A DNA stretch of 64,000 bases from Blastocatellia bacterium (lineage in GTDB: Bacteria; Acidobacteriota; Blastocatellia; UBA7656). The stretch covers positions 288,001 through 352,000 of the forward strand of contig CAVXWP010000001.1 in the NCBI GenBank assembly GCA_963765495.1, read 5' to 3'. The notes below the pieces were generated by a model. That model saw nothing but the letters and a program-made list of their open reading frames with translations, was not told the DNA's origin and searched no databases. This document shows positions 19,923-31,400 of this stretch, in pieces (positions within the stretch are counted from its first letter, which is position 1; the number at the start of each line of letters is the position of its first letter). A program made the position numbers and the translations under genes.

Positions 19923-22505
19923 ATGAAGATATCCGGCTCGCAAACAATCAAGCTATCACTCACATTGCTTGCAATGGCGATGATGTTTTGCGCGACCCTT
20001 CCCTGTGGGTCTGCGCGAGCGACCTCGGATCGTAAACGCGAAGGCGCAGATTCTCCGGGTAATCCCGATTTTATCCTCTTCCGTCGAGGCGCGCTCGATA
20101 CTCGCGCAAAAAGAGAATCCGATAGCTCGGCGGCTGATTCGCTGCACATCTCGGCGCTTAGAGAGCCCGGACGAAGGCAATTGCGCGTAGTTCAATTCGC
20201 CGGACCCATCAAGCGCAGGTGGATCGAGCAATTAAAGGCTACCGGCTCCGAGATCATAGGTTATATCCCAAACAACGCATACATAATCCGAAGCAATGCG
20301 GGAGGGCTTGCCCGTATTGCCGCGCTCGACGCGGGTGAATCCGCTGATGATTCGAGGCCCATCCGATGGATGGGGCGCTTTGAGCCCCTACAGAAAATAG
20401 CGCCGGAATTTGATGATCGCGCTGTCGGTCTTAAAGAGAAGGGCCAGGCCGCCGTAGAGATCGAATTGCTCGACACCCCTGACAATAGCGCGGCCATCGA
20501 ATACATAAATCGAATCGCAACAACCGTAAATCAACCGCCCCGGCGGTTCCTCAAATTTGTAGTCGTGTGCGTCACTCTGCCAATCGAGCGGCTGGCCTCC
20601 GTAGCCGACTTCGATGAAGTGCTTTTTATAAACCCCGATCCGGCCCTGTCTCTGCAAGACGAGCGCAGTCTTCAAATAGTCGCCGGTAATCTGATCCCGG
20701 ACCGCACTCAGCCGACAGGCCCCGGCTACATGGGATGGCTCGAAGCTCAGGGTCTAAACTGGGAACCGGATTTCCTGATCGATTTCGCGGATTCAGGTCT
20801 TGATCACGGGTTCACATCAAAGGGGCTTGTTCATCCGGGGTTCCTCGATGCGGAAGGCGAAAGCCGCGTCGCGTATAATGTTAACTACACCAGAAGCGAG
20901 CAGTCGGAAGACATCACAGGTCACGGCACTATGACGGCTTCCATAGCCTGCGGGCGCGGCATAAGCGACCGGACCGATGAGGAAGGCTACATGTACGGGG
21001 TTGGAATAGAACCGAATGCCCGACTTGGCGAGTCGCGTATATTCGATGATTTCGGGGCGCTATCGCTCAAGGTGAGCTATTCGGAAATGATTTCGGCGGC
21101 CTATTCCAGGGGGGCGCGCATATCGAATAATAGCTGGGGCAACGGCAGCAATATCTATAATTCGCTCGCGCAGGAATACGATGCGCGCACTCGCGACGCG
21201 CAATCTACAATCGCGGGCAATCAAGAAATGATCTTCGTTTTTTCGGCGGGCAATCAGGGGCCGGGCGGTCACGTAAGCTCGCCCGGTACGGCCAAAAACG
21301 TCATCACCGTGGCGGCGAGTGAAAACTTTCGCCCCGAAGGAGTTGATTCCTGTGATCTGGACGGGCAAGGGCCGATAGGCCCCGAGGGCGCAGACAACTC
21401 GCTCGACATTCTGAGATTTTCATCCGGCGGGCCGACCGCCGATAACCGCTTCAAGCCCGACATCACAGCGCCCGGCACGCACGTATTTGGCGCGGCGTCT
21501 CAAGCGACTTTCTTTTACGGCAACGGATTGTGCCCCGGCAGAACTCTCTTTAACCCTTCCGGCCAGAGACTCTATACTTGGTCGTCGGGGACGAGTCTTG
21601 CGGCCCCTCACGTGACCGGAGCGGCGGCGCTTGCGCGCAAGTTTTTCGTGATGCGCGATCTGCTTGGAGACAACCGCGCGCCTTCGCCCGCGATGACAAA
21701 GGCATTTCTCGTCAACTCCGCATCTTACCTGACGGGCGAAAACGCGGGCGGCGACTTGCCGTCTGCGCGGCAAGGTTGGGGGCTTCTGGATATGGCCCGC
21801 GCATTCGATGACGGGAGCCGCAGACTGATAGATCAGACCACGGTCTTTACCGAAAGCGGTCAGCATTTCGAGATCAAAGGAGCCATTGCCGACCGCTCTC
21901 GTCCCCTTCGCGTGACGCTTGCCTGGACCGATGCGCCGGGGAGTCTGGCCGGTCCGGCTCTGGTCAACGACCTCGATCTGGAAATCACTGTCGACGGGCA
22001 GACCGTCTATCGCGGGAATAATTTTCAGGGTGAGTTTTCCGTCGCGACAGGTGAGGCGGACCGGCTGAACAATGTCGAATCCATCTATCTGCCTGCCGCC
22101 TCGATACCCGAGGGATCATCGGGCAACTTTACGATCACCGTCCGCGCAGCTAACATAGCGGGCGACGGCGTGCCGGGCAACGGCGATGATCTGGATCAGG
22201 ATTTCGCGCTCGTAGCCTATAACGTCACGGACCCAATCGTTACTCCGCCAAAAAAAGTCCCCACAGTGACCCTTGCGAGCTATGTGAAAAAGGTCCTGAC
22301 CATTACGGGAGAGAATTTCTCAGCCGATGCGAGCGTAGAGGTAAACGGAGAGATCGTCAATCGCGCCTTTACGTTCGACGCCGCGACCAATTCGCTCAGC
22401 ATCAAGAAGAAGTATAAGAAACTTAATCTGAAGAAAAACGATACCAACCAGATCGTCATCATCGAAAAAGGCGAGCGATCTCAAGCCTTCAGCCTGCAAC
22501 TCTAA
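19923..22505 (+). CDS. Secreted S8 subtilisin-family serine protease
   Basis: Triad motifs ADSG, GHGT, SGTSLAAPHV; oxyanion AGN; signal peptide. Confidence 0.93.
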   Translation: MKISGSQTIKLSLTLLAMAMMFCATLPCGSARATSDRKREGADSPGNPDFILFRRGALDTRAKRESDSSAADSLHISALREPGRRQLRVVQFAGPIKRRWIEQLKATGSEIIGYIPNNAYIIRSNAGGLARIAALDAGESADDSRPIRWMGRFEPLQKIAPEFDDRAVGLKEKGQAAVEIELLDTPDNSAAIEYINRIATTVNQPPRRFLKFVVVCVTLPIERLASVADFDEVLFINPDPALSLQDERSLQIVAGNLIPDRTQPTGPGYMGWLEAQGLNWEPDFLIDFADSGLDHGFTSKGLVHPGFLDAEGESRVAYNVNYTRSEQSEDITGHGTMTASIACGRGISDRTDEEGYMYGVGIEPNARLGESRIFDDFGALSLKVSYSEMISAAYSRGARISNNSWGNGSNIYNSLAQEYDARTRDAQSTIAGNQEMIFVFSAGNQGPGGHVSSPGTAKNVITVAASENFRPEGVDSCDLDGQGPIGPEGADNSLDILRFSSGGPTADNRFKPDITAPGTHVFGAASQATFFYGNGLCPGRTLFNPSGQRLYTWSSGTSLAAPHVTGAAALARKFFVMRDLLGDNRAPSPAMTKAFLVNSASYLTGENAGGDLPSARQGWGLLDMARAFDDGSRRLIDQTTVFTESGQHFEIKGAIADRSRPLRVTLAWTDAPGSLAGPALVNDLDLEITVDGQTVYRGNNFQGEFSVATGEADRLNNVESIYLPAASIPEGSSGNFTITVRAANIAGDGVPGNGDDLDQDFALVAYNVTDPIVTPPKKVPTVTLASYVKKVLTITGENFSADASVEVNGEIVNRAFTFDAATNSLSIKKKYKKLNLKKNDTNQIVIIEKGERSQAFSLQL

Positions 22506-22508
22506 GAA

Positions 22509-22590
22509 GTGATTCGTGATACGTGATTCGTGACTTTCAGGCACTGACCTTTTAAAAGGCTTGTCGCTGACTTCACGCATCACGTATCAC
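22509..22590. repeat. 7-mer-periodic inverted repeat (GTGATTC / CACGCAT)
   Basis: GTGATTC GTGATAC GTGATTC GTGAC with TCACGCA TCACGTA TCAC, right after the S8 stop. Confidence 0.8.
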
Positions 22591-22684
22591 TACGGGTTTC
22601 AAGTTTAAATTCCGCAAAATCAGAGAGATAAACCCGCCCGTCAAGGCCGACTATCGTTTGACGCCGCAAGAGACCGAGTTATTA

Positions 22685-22762
22685 AACCCCGGTCCCGGAG
22701 GCCGCGCCGGAACTATAACCGTAGCGGGACAAACCTTTACATTGAAGCAGAAAGCGCCTTGA
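22685..22762 (+). pseudogene. Remnant of a BACON-domain C-terminus
   Basis: Translates NPGPGGRAGTITVAGQTFTLKQKAP*, resembling the BACON end RxGTITVAGQTFTVxQ; no long ORF upstream. Confidence 0.55.
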
Positions 22763-23123
22763 GACTTTCGAACCGAATTGAGGCGCACGGCAATATATAC
22801 CACACAACGAGTAAAAAGGCTGAGTTTTAAACTCGCGATTTAATCTGGCTAAGGCAGCCACAAATCGCCTCGCATTTCGTGGCTGTAAGGGCTGTCTGGT
22901 TATCGCTTATTCCGATCAGATAACCATTTGGGAATCTTCTTCGTTGTGATACTATCTGGGCTGCGCGCTGGGACTGTCATACCGTTGCCAGTTGAACTTA
23001 AAGCGCGCTATCGCGGATTTCATTTTAGAGTTTCTCATACGACGAATGCTTTTCTGAGGCTGGTTAAGGTATGAGATTGCTTCATCAACAACCGTATTCC
23101 AGAGATGACAAGATAGGTGACTT

Positions 23124-26100
23124 ATGAACAGGACATTTTTCAGCATTTCCCGAGGCCCGGCTCTCTTAACATTAAACCTTTTGCTGCTGGTCGCTTTCAC
23201 GCTGGCCCAGTCTGTCGGAGCCAGCGCCGACGATAATTTTACGATCAAATCTTCGGTTATAGCGGGCGGCGGCGGCTCGAGCACGGGCGGCGCACTGGCC
23301 ATTGACGGTACAATTGGTCAAGCCATGGTTGGTATATCAAGCGCAGGAAATTTCTCTGTCGCGGGCGGTTTCTGGAATACACTTACACAAATTCCCGCAG
23401 TCAGCAATTCGATATCAGGGACGATCTCTTATTGCATCGACAACTCAAAGAAAGTCCCCAACGCCACCGTCCAGACTACCAGCGGTTCCCCTTCCGCTTC
23501 CACTACTACTAACGCCTCCGGCTTCTATCAACTCGATAACCTCGGCACTGGCCCTTACACCGTTGCTCCTTCCAAAACCGGTGCCGTCTCCGGCATCTCT
23601 GCTCAGGATATCGGTATCCTCCGCCGCCTCGCCGCTGGCATCGATACCCCCACTCCCTGTCAATCCATCGCTGGCGATACAGATAACAACGGCTCGCTCG
23701 GCGCCCAGGACATCGGCTTCCTTCGAAGATTTGTCGCTCAACTTACTACCACTGGCATCACTGGCTCCTGGAAATTCTCTCCCGCCTCCAAAACCTATCT
23801 TTCCCTCGTCTCTAATCAAACAAACCAGGATTACGATGCCTTGCTGATCGGAGATGTTGACGGCAACTGGACCCCCGCTGCTCCTGATCCTGCTTCATTT
23901 CAGAAGAGTCAGGCTCCTTCGGCCACTAACCTTGCCCTCTCTTTGCCCAGTGTCGTTGCTCCTCCCGGTTCTACTGATGTCTCTATCCCGGTCATGGTTA
24001 ACGGCACTCTCACAAACGGCGATTTCGTTTTGGGCTACACAATCGAGATCAGTTTCGATCCCAGCGTGCTGGTTCCACATTCGCCCTCATTCAACACGAC
24101 AGGGACGGTTTCATCGACCGGGGTCGTCACAGAGAACACGGGTGTGTCGGGGAGGCTCCGACTTGTGGTCGATTTCCAGAATCCGCTGATATTCACAGGG
24201 CAGCAGACGCTGATAATATTGAGGTTCGATGTGGTAGGGACACAGGGACAGATGAGCGGGCTCAACTGGTTCTTCACGGAATTTGGGAGCGGCCCACCTG
24301 CCGTCACCACCACGACTACAAACGGCAACTTCACCGTCACAAGCCCCACTGCCGTAAAAGTCGATGCCTTCAAGGCCACGGGCTTTGACAAGGGCGTATA
24401 TCTCCAGTGGCAGACCGGGTTTGAATCTACTAACCTCGGCTTCAACATCTATCGCCAGCAGGCGGGCAAACTCTCTCTTGTTACGCCTGAAATATTGGCC
24501 GGGTCGGCGCTTTTGACAGGTGACACGCCCTTGCTTGCCGGGCGGAAATATTCGTGGTGGGATAATTCACCCGATAGTAAACAGGACGCGCTCTATTATC
24601 TGGAAGACATTGACCTCAACGGCACAAGGAGCCTGCACGGGCCGATAGTTGCAACCAGAGCATCAGGCAATCCGCCTGCTGGCTCTCGGGCCGAGTTGTT
24701 GAGCCGGATGGGCAGAGGCAAGGCTACAATCAGCGACTACGTCGCTTCCTCCTCCCCTGGCAGCGCCCAACTGGCAACCGTTTCCTCAAAGAAAGGATTA
24801 CAAAACTCCAGGCGAGAGACAGTGCCTGTTGATCTGGCGACCTCCTCTGCCATAAAGATGTGGATAGGCAATAGCGGGCTCTATCGCCTCACTCAGCCGC
24901 AACTGCTGAGCGCCGGCCTCGATTCCGGGATAGATCCGCGACTCTTGCAGATGTATGTCGACGGGCAGGAGGTTCCAATCCTTGTCACTGGCCAGGATGA
25001 CGGAAGATTTGATGCCGCGGACACAGTGGAATTCTACGCTTCGGCAATCGACAGCCCGTTCACCTCGAAGCGGGTCTACTGGCTTGTGGCAGGGACAGTG
25101 GCGGGAAGACGGATAACAAAGGTGACGAGTCCCGGGAAGGGGCAGAGCAACGCTAGTTTTACCTCGACCCTGGAGCGACGAGACAAGACGATCTACTTTT
25201 CGAGTTTGAGGAACGGGGATGAGGAGAACTTCTTTGGGCCGGTCATAGCCTCGCAGGAAGTCGATCAGTCGATAGATGTGAAAGATATGGCAGCGGGAGG
25301 AGGAACTGGGGCAGTGCTTGAAGTGGGATTACAGGGAGTAAGCGCGGTCAACCATCGAGTAAAAGTGAGGTTGAACGGGACGGAGTTGGGAGAGGTAAAT
25401 TACAGTGGGCAGGGAGCAGGAGTAGGGAGATTCACACTCTCAAGCGGGCAACTGGTGGAAGGAAGAAACGACATCAAGATGGAGGGGGTGGGAACAGGAG
25501 GAGATGTGAGCCTGGCCGAGTATGTGAGAGTGAGCTATGAGAGGAGGTACAAGGCGGAAGGAGATGAGTTGAGATTCCGAGCAGAGGGGGGCCAGGAGGT
25601 AAAGATAGGAGGGTTCACAAGCGAACGGATACGAGTATTTGATGTAACGGAGGAAGGGAATGTAGTGGAGATAGGAGGAGCGATAGAAGAGAGCGGGAAC
25701 GGGTATGAGATAGGGATCAAGGTAGGAGGAGCAGGAGAGAGAGAGATGATGGCGATAGAGGAAGGGGAGGTGAGAGAGGTAGGAGAGATGAGAAAGAACG
25801 AGGCGTCGAAGCTGAGAGCGACGAGCCAGGGAGCGGACCTGTTGATAATCACGACGGGAGAGATGGGAGGAAGTCTGGAAGGGTTGAAGGCGCTGAGACA
25901 GAGTCAGGGGATGGCGGTAGCGATAGTGAAGGTGGAAGACATCTATGACGAGTTCAGCCAGGGAGAGAAGACGCCGTATGCGATAAGAGAATTTCTGATA
26001 TATGCGAAGAGGAACTGGAAGAGGAAGCCGGGATATGTGTTGATGGGAGGGGATGCGAGTTACGACCCGAAGAATTATCTGGGAGCGGGGGAATGGGATC

Positions 26101-26861
26101 TGGTGCCGACGAAGTTGGTGGACACGGCGTATCTGGAGACGGCCTCAGATGAATGGATGGTGGACGAGGATGGAGACGGGATAGGAGAGATGGCGATAGG
26201 GCGACTGCCGATAAGGAGCGAGGAAGAAGGGATGAGGATGGTAGGGAAGATAATGAGTTATGAGAGAGGAGTATCGAGGAGGAGTGTGTTATTGGTATCG
26301 GATGCGAATGATGGATACAACTTTGAGCAGGCGAACGAAGAGTTGAAGGGGATGATACCGAAGGGGACGAGGATAGAAGAGGTAAAGAGGGGGCAGATGA
26401 GCGAGGAGGAAGCGAGGGCGAGGGTGATAGGAGGGATAAACGAAGGGCAGGCGATAGTGAGTTATGCAGGGCACGGGTCGGTGGATATATGGAGAGGAGA
26501 GATATTGAGGAGCGAGGATGGAGAGATAATGAGGAATGGTAATCAGTTGAGTGTATTTCTGATGATGACGTGTTTGAACGGATATTTTGAGGATCCGATG
26601 TTGGAGAGTTTGGGAGAGGCGATGATGAAGGCGGAGAGGGGAGGAGCGGTAGCGGTATGGGGGTCGAGCGGGATGTGTGAAGCGGGAGAGCAGGCGGCAG
26701 TGAGCAAGGAGATGATGAGGGAGCTAAACAGTGTGGAGGGGTTGACGAAGAAGAAGGTGACGATAGGAGAAGCGGCGAGGAGGGCGAAGGGGAGGATAGG
26801 AGATGTGGATGTAAGGAGGACGTACGTGTTGTTGGGAGACCCGACTATGCGCCTCAGATAA
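23124..26861 (+). CDS. Secreted C25 (gingipain-like) cysteine peptidase with dockerin-like and cohesin-like modules
   Basis: Signal peptide; duplicated AQDIG.LRR with GDTDNNG; cohesin-like segment; YDEFS, GDASYDP, IGRLP, YAGHG (His), MTCLNG (Cys), LLGDP. Confidence 0.88.
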   Translation: MNRTFFSISRGPALLTLNLLLLVAFTLAQSVGASADDNFTIKSSVIAGGGGSSTGGALAIDGTIGQAMVGISSAGNFSVAGGFWNTLTQIPAVSNSISGTISYCIDNSKKVPNATVQTTSGSPSASTTTNASGFYQLDNLGTGPYTVAPSKTGAVSGISAQDIGILRRLAAGIDTPTPCQSIAGDTDNNGSLGAQDIGFLRRFVAQLTTTGITGSWKFSPASKTYLSLVSNQTNQDYDALLIGDVDGNWTPAAPDPASFQKSQAPSATNLALSLPSVVAPPGSTDVSIPVMVNGTLTNGDFVLGYTIEISFDPSVLVPHSPSFNTTGTVSSTGVVTENTGVSGRLRLVVDFQNPLIFTGQQTLIILRFDVVGTQGQMSGLNWFFTEFGSGPPAVTTTTTNGNFTVTSPTAVKVDAFKATGFDKGVYLQWQTGFESTNLGFNIYRQQAGKLSLVTPEILAGSALLTGDTPLLAGRKYSWWDNSPDSKQDALYYLEDIDLNGTRSLHGPIVATRASGNPPAGSRAELLSRMGRGKATISDYVASSSPGSAQLATVSSKKGLQNSRRETVPVDLATSSAIKMWIGNSGLYRLTQPQLLSAGLDSGIDPRLLQMYVDGQEVPILVTGQDDGRFDAADTVEFYASAIDSPFTSKRVYWLVAGTVAGRRITKVTSPGKGQSNASFTSTLERRDKTIYFSSLRNGDEENFFGPVIASQEVDQSIDVKDMAAGGGTGAVLEVGLQGVSAVNHRVKVRLNGTELGEVNYSGQGAGVGRFTLSSGQLVEGRNDIKMEGVGTGGDVSLAEYVRVSYERRYKAEGDELRFRAEGGQEVKIGGFTSERIRVFDVTEEGNVVEIGGAIEESGNGYEIGIKVGGAGEREMMAIEEGEVREVGEMRKNEASKLRATSQGADLLIITTGEMGGSLEGLKALRQSQGMAVAIVKVEDIYDEFSQGEKTPYAIREFLIYAKRNWKRKPGYVLMGGDASYDPKNYLGAGEWDLVPTKLVDTAYLETASDEWMVDEDGDGIGEMAIGRLPIRSEEEGMRMVGKIMSYERGVSRRSVLLVSDANDGYNFEQANEELKGMIPKGTRIEEVKRGQMSEEEARARVIGGINEGQAIVSYAGHGSVDIWRGEILRSEDGEIMRNGNQLSVFLMMTCLNGYFEDPMLESLGEAMMKAERGGAVAVWGSSGMCEAGEQAAVSKEMMRELNSVEGLTKKKVTIGEAARRAKGRIGDVDVRRTYVLLGDPTMRLR

Positions 26862-26888
26862 CGCAGAATGCCGCAATTAAATTGGAGA

Positions 26889-26923
26889 GGGGCTGATGAG
26901 TGGTATATCAACTCATCAGCCCC
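26889..26923. terminator. Probable bidirectional terminator
   Basis: Perfect 13-bp stem GGGGCTGATGAGT / ACTCATCAGCCCC between convergent genes. Confidence 0.75.
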
Positions 26924-26951
26924 TTTCTAATGAAAGTAAATCCGACTCCTG

Positions 26952-28352
26952 CTAGGGCCGGATGTTGTAATACCTGATCTTGCTGTTGAGCGTAGTCGTA
27001 TTCATTCCCAAAAGTTTTGCGGCGCGCGACTGATGGCCGCCTGTGATTTCCAGTGCGCGACGGATCAACTCGATCTGAAAGCGATTCACTTCATCATAGA
27101 AAGAGACGCCGCGCGACAAATCCATCTGCGATGCCAGGGTTTGCCCGCCCGTCTGCGCGGCGGCTTTTTGAGGATTGAGCACTTCTTCGCGCAAATCGCT
27201 CCGCTCGATGATCGAGCCGCGCGCTATTATAACGGCGCGCTCGATAACGTTTTCAAGCTCGCGCACATTGCCCGGCCAGTTGTACGCTTCAAGCAGCGAC
27301 AGGACCTCCGGGCTGATCTGATCGTATAGTTGCCTCGCGTTTTCCGCCGAGTACTTGCGAATGAAATGTTTTGCGAGCGGAAGAATATCCTCCCGGCGAT
27401 CACGCAAAGGAGGAAGGCTGATCTGAATCACGTTTAGCCTGTAATAGAGGTCTTCACGGAAAGCGCCTTCATCAACCGCCTGTTTAAGGTCTACATTGGT
27501 CGCGGTAATAACGCGCACATCCACCTGCCGACGAGTGGTGTCGCCTAAGGGTGTGAAATCGCGTTCCTGAATTACTCTGAGAAGTTTCGCCTGCGTCTCC
27601 ATCGAGATAGTGCCCATCTCGTCGAGGAAGATCGAGCCGCCGTCGGCTACCTCGAAGTATCCCTTTTTGGCCGCCACCGCGCCTGTGAATGCGCCGCGAA
27701 CGTGACCGAACAACTCCGATTCGAGCAGTTCGGTTGGGAGGTTCGCGGAGTTTACGGTTACAAAAGGCTTGTCGGCTCGCTGGCTGTGATTATGAATGGC
27801 GCGGGCGATCAATTCCTTGCCCGTACCGCTTTCGCCCGTGATGAGCACCGTCGAACGCGCGGGCGCTACCTGCTCGACGAACGAGAGAATATCGAGCATC
27901 TTGTTGCTGCGCGCTATTATCTCTTTAGCGGCGGTGCTGCGTTTGAGCGTATGTCTGAGCACGTGGCGCTCTTCGTCCTTGCGTCGCCGTCTGATGCCAG
28001 CCGCGATCAGCCCGAGGATTTCTCTGTTATCGAAAGGCTTCTTTATACAGTTGAACGCGCCGCGCTGCCACGCCGATATTGCCGTATCGAAGGTGGCGTA
28101 AGCGGTGATCATTATGATCACTGCTTCGGAGTCGAGTTTTAGTATTTCTTCGAGTGTCCTGAGCCCGCCCATGCCGGGCATCGAGACATCGAGCAAGACT
28201 ACGTCAACGGGCCGTTGCTGAAATTTATCTATCCCCTCTTCTCCCGTGCGTGCAAGGTCTACCTGATAACCTTCTCCCGTGAGCAGGCTTTCAAGCACAT
28301 CGCGCATAACTTCCTCGTCGTCCACGACAAGGATATTCTCTTTTTTTGCCAT
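26952..28352 (-). CDS. Sigma54-dependent response regulator (NtrC/AtoC family)
   Basis: Receiver ILVVDDE...LLDVSMP; GESGTGKE; GAFTGA; WPGNVREL; Fis-type HTH. Confidence 0.95.
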   Translation of the reverse strand: MAKKENILVVDDEEVMRDVLESLLTGEGYQVDLARTGEEGIDKFQQRPVDVVLLDVSMPGMGGLRTLEEILKLDSEAVIIMITAYATFDTAISAWQRGAFNCIKKPFDNREILGLIAAGIRRRRKDEERHVLRHTLKRSTAAKEIIARSNKMLDILSFVEQVAPARSTVLITGESGTGKELIARAIHNHSQRADKPFVTVNSANLPTELLESELFGHVRGAFTGAVAAKKGYFEVADGGSIFLDEMGTISMETQAKLLRVIQERDFTPLGDTTRRQVDVRVITATNVDLKQAVDEGAFREDLYYRLNVIQISLPPLRDRREDILPLAKHFIRKYSAENARQLYDQISPEVLSLLEAYNWPGNVRELENVIERAVIIARGSIIERSDLREEVLNPQKAAAQTGGQTLASQMDLSRGVSFYDEVNRFQIELIRRALEITGGHQSRAAKLLGMNTTTLNSKIRYYNIRP

Positions 28353-28418
28353 AGAGTAAAATTTTACCAACTGGCGGCCACTGACAGCCAGCAAGTTGCG
28401 CCCAAAAGAATTGGGCGA

Positions 28419-31400
28419 TCACTTTTCCCAGAAAAACTTGGTCCGCGCTCTGGCTTCCGGGTAGACCTCATTCATGTTGTCTGTGTCGTAGAGCACGCCG
28501 TTTATCATCACGTAGCGGATCGTCCGGGTGTTCTGGATGTTTTCAAGCGGATTCTTATCCATCACCATCAGATCGGCCAGTTTCCCCGCTTCAAGCGAGC
28601 CGATGTCTTTTTCGAATCCAAGATACTCCGCGCCGTAAAGCGTGCCGCAACGTATCGCCTCAAGCGGTGTCAATCCTCCCTGCTGGAGCATCCATAACTC
28701 CCAGTGCGCGCCCAACCCCTGAAGCTGACCGTGCGCCCCAAGCTGGGCGCGGCCTCCTGCGCGCACTATATCTTTTACCGAGCGCGACAGGTCGATGTGA
28801 TAGAAATCGTCTTCGGGTACCATCATCCGGCGGCGCGAGCGCGCATCGACTACGCTGCGGGGCACGAAGCGCAACAGCCGTTCGTTCTCCCACACGTTCG
28901 TATGCTGATACCAGTAATTCTCACCCCAGATGCCGCCGTAGCCTACGATGAGTGTCGGCGTGTACCCGCTCTTGCTTCGCGCAAACAACGTGACCGCGTC
29001 TTTGTAAAGCGGAGCCACGGGTAGGGCGTGCTCTACGCCCGTGTGCCCGTCGAGGATGTGCGTAATGTTGTAGTAGTAGGTCGAGCCGCCTTCGGGGACT
29101 ACCATCATCTCCAGGTCGCGGGCGGCCTTGATGATCTCCTGGCGCTGGTTGCGGCGCGGCTGATTGTAGCTCTTTACGCTGATCGCGCCCACGGCCTTGA
29201 GCCGTTCGATGTTTGCCTTTGCGTCTTCATAGCTGTTGATGACCGCCTTTTCGGGATTGTCCGCGCCGTAGAGGATAAAGCCCGTTGAAAAGATTCGCGG
29301 GCCTGCCATCACCCCGGCCTTGACCATCTCCGATTGCGCGAAGACCATCTGCGTCGAGGCCGACGGATCGTGTGTGGTCGTGACTCCGAAGGCGAGATTG
29401 GCGTAGTAAGGCCATTGCTTTTCGGGCATGATGTCGAGCGCGTTATAGCCCATGTGCGAGTGGACATCAATGAGGCCGGGCATGATGGTCTTGCCCGCCA
29501 TGTCGATTTTTCGCACCCCTGCCGGGATGCTGATATTTGCGCCGATTGCCTTTATGCGATTGTCTTCGATAAGGATGCTGCCTCGTTCGATCACCTCGTC
29601 GCCCTTCATAGTGATGATGCGAGCGTTTGTCAGGGCGATCTGTCCGTGTGGCTTTGCGCTATCGAATTCAAAGCCTATCTTTGTGCTTGCGGGCGCGGGC
29701 GGCTTCTCGTCTTTTTCGAGTTTTCTGAAGATATTGTCGAGCGATTGCTGGTAAAAATTCTCGCCCAGCGTCCACTCTACCTTCCGGCTGTCGGCAGACC
29801 AGTCAAGCCAGTCGCCCGAACCTTCGGCGACCGCGTTGACCGGCACGAGTTTTTCCGTGGCGCTCAGTTTCAGGGTCTTTCCCGTCTTTGGAAACGGCGC
29901 GAGGTAAAGCTTGTGCAGCTCCTTGAAAAAGACCCAGGCGCCGTCGGGCGAGGGAATTATCTCAGAGGCGTATTTGGACTCGATGTGCTGCTGATAATCG
30001 TCGCCCGAAAGCTTTACGCTGCTCAGATAAGTCTTCGCGTCTTTCGATTCCATGAAGAAGATGCGGTCGCCTTCGGGGCTGAAAGTCAGAATCGGCATAC
30101 GGGCATTTGAGCCGCGACTCGAAAGGTCCATCACAAAATGATGCTCGCGCCCGTCCCAGTAATGGATTTCGAAATTCGATTCGCTTGCAAGGTCTTCTTC
30201 CTGATATACACTGCCGCGCCCTTTCAGATAAGCCACCCGTGTGCCGTCAGGTGAAAAGACGGGATTGGCGTATTGATCGCCGATAGTTGTGATCTTTCTG
30301 GCGTTTGAACCGTCGGCATCGGCAATCCACACCGCGCCCTTCTCTTCGTCAGACCACGTGACATAGGCGATCTTTTTGCCGTCGCGGCTAAAGGCAGGCG
30401 AGTATTCAAGGTATTTCGTATTCAGAAGTCGCTTGGGCGCGTTTGCGCCCCGCTTGACATAGAGCTTGCCGAGCGCGCTATAGATCACCGTGTCCCCGCT
30501 TTGCTTTGCCCAGCGCAGCAGTTTTGCAGTCGAGCGGTCGGGCGCTACTTCGTGATGGAATCGCACGGCATCGGCTACTTTTTGCGCTACGTGAGCGGTG
30601 AACGGTATGGGCGTGGCCTGTTTCGTTTCAATGTTGATCCTCGTGAATTTCCCCTGCGCGGTTATAACTATCGCCTTGCTGTCGGGCATCCAGTTATAGC
30701 CGGGATAGGTTCCAAAGACGGCCCAGGTCTCCTGCTGGTCGCGGGTCAGATTATCGTAGACAGGCCATTCGCGCCCGGATTCGATTTCGCGCAGGTAGAG
30801 AACCGTCTTCAAACGGTCGCGGCGAATGAATGAAAGATAGCGCCCGTCGGGCGAGACCTGCGGGCGGATTGACCCGCCCGACCCCCGCACAAAAACCGTG
30901 CGGCGGGCGTTTGTCATGTCGTAACGCTCGATCCAGTAAATGCTGTCATAGACGTTCTTGTTATAGTCAAACGCCGTGCTGTTGACGAAGTAAACGAATC
31001 GGCCTTTTGGATCAATCGCGGGCTCTCCGCTGTTGGCCGTCCAGTTTGGCTTTTCGGTCAACTGCACTCCCGTGCCGCCGCCGTTGATGTGGTACATCCA
31101 TATCTCGCCCGCGCCGAGCGAGCGCGTGTCTACGAAATGCTTTCGCACGAGCAGATACTGCCCGTCGGGCGTCCAGGCGGGGCTGTTTACAAGCCGGTAG
31201 GTCTCTTTTGTGATCTGGCGTCGGTCCTTGCCGTCCGCATCCATCACCCAGATGTTGTCGCCGCCGTCGCGGTCTGACGTAAAGGCGATCAGTTTACCAT
31301 CGGGGCTGAAGCGCGGCTGAGTCTCGTATGAAACGCCGCCCGAAAGCAACTCTGCGTGCCCTCCGGTGATCGGCATTTTATAGATGTCTCCCAGCAGGTC

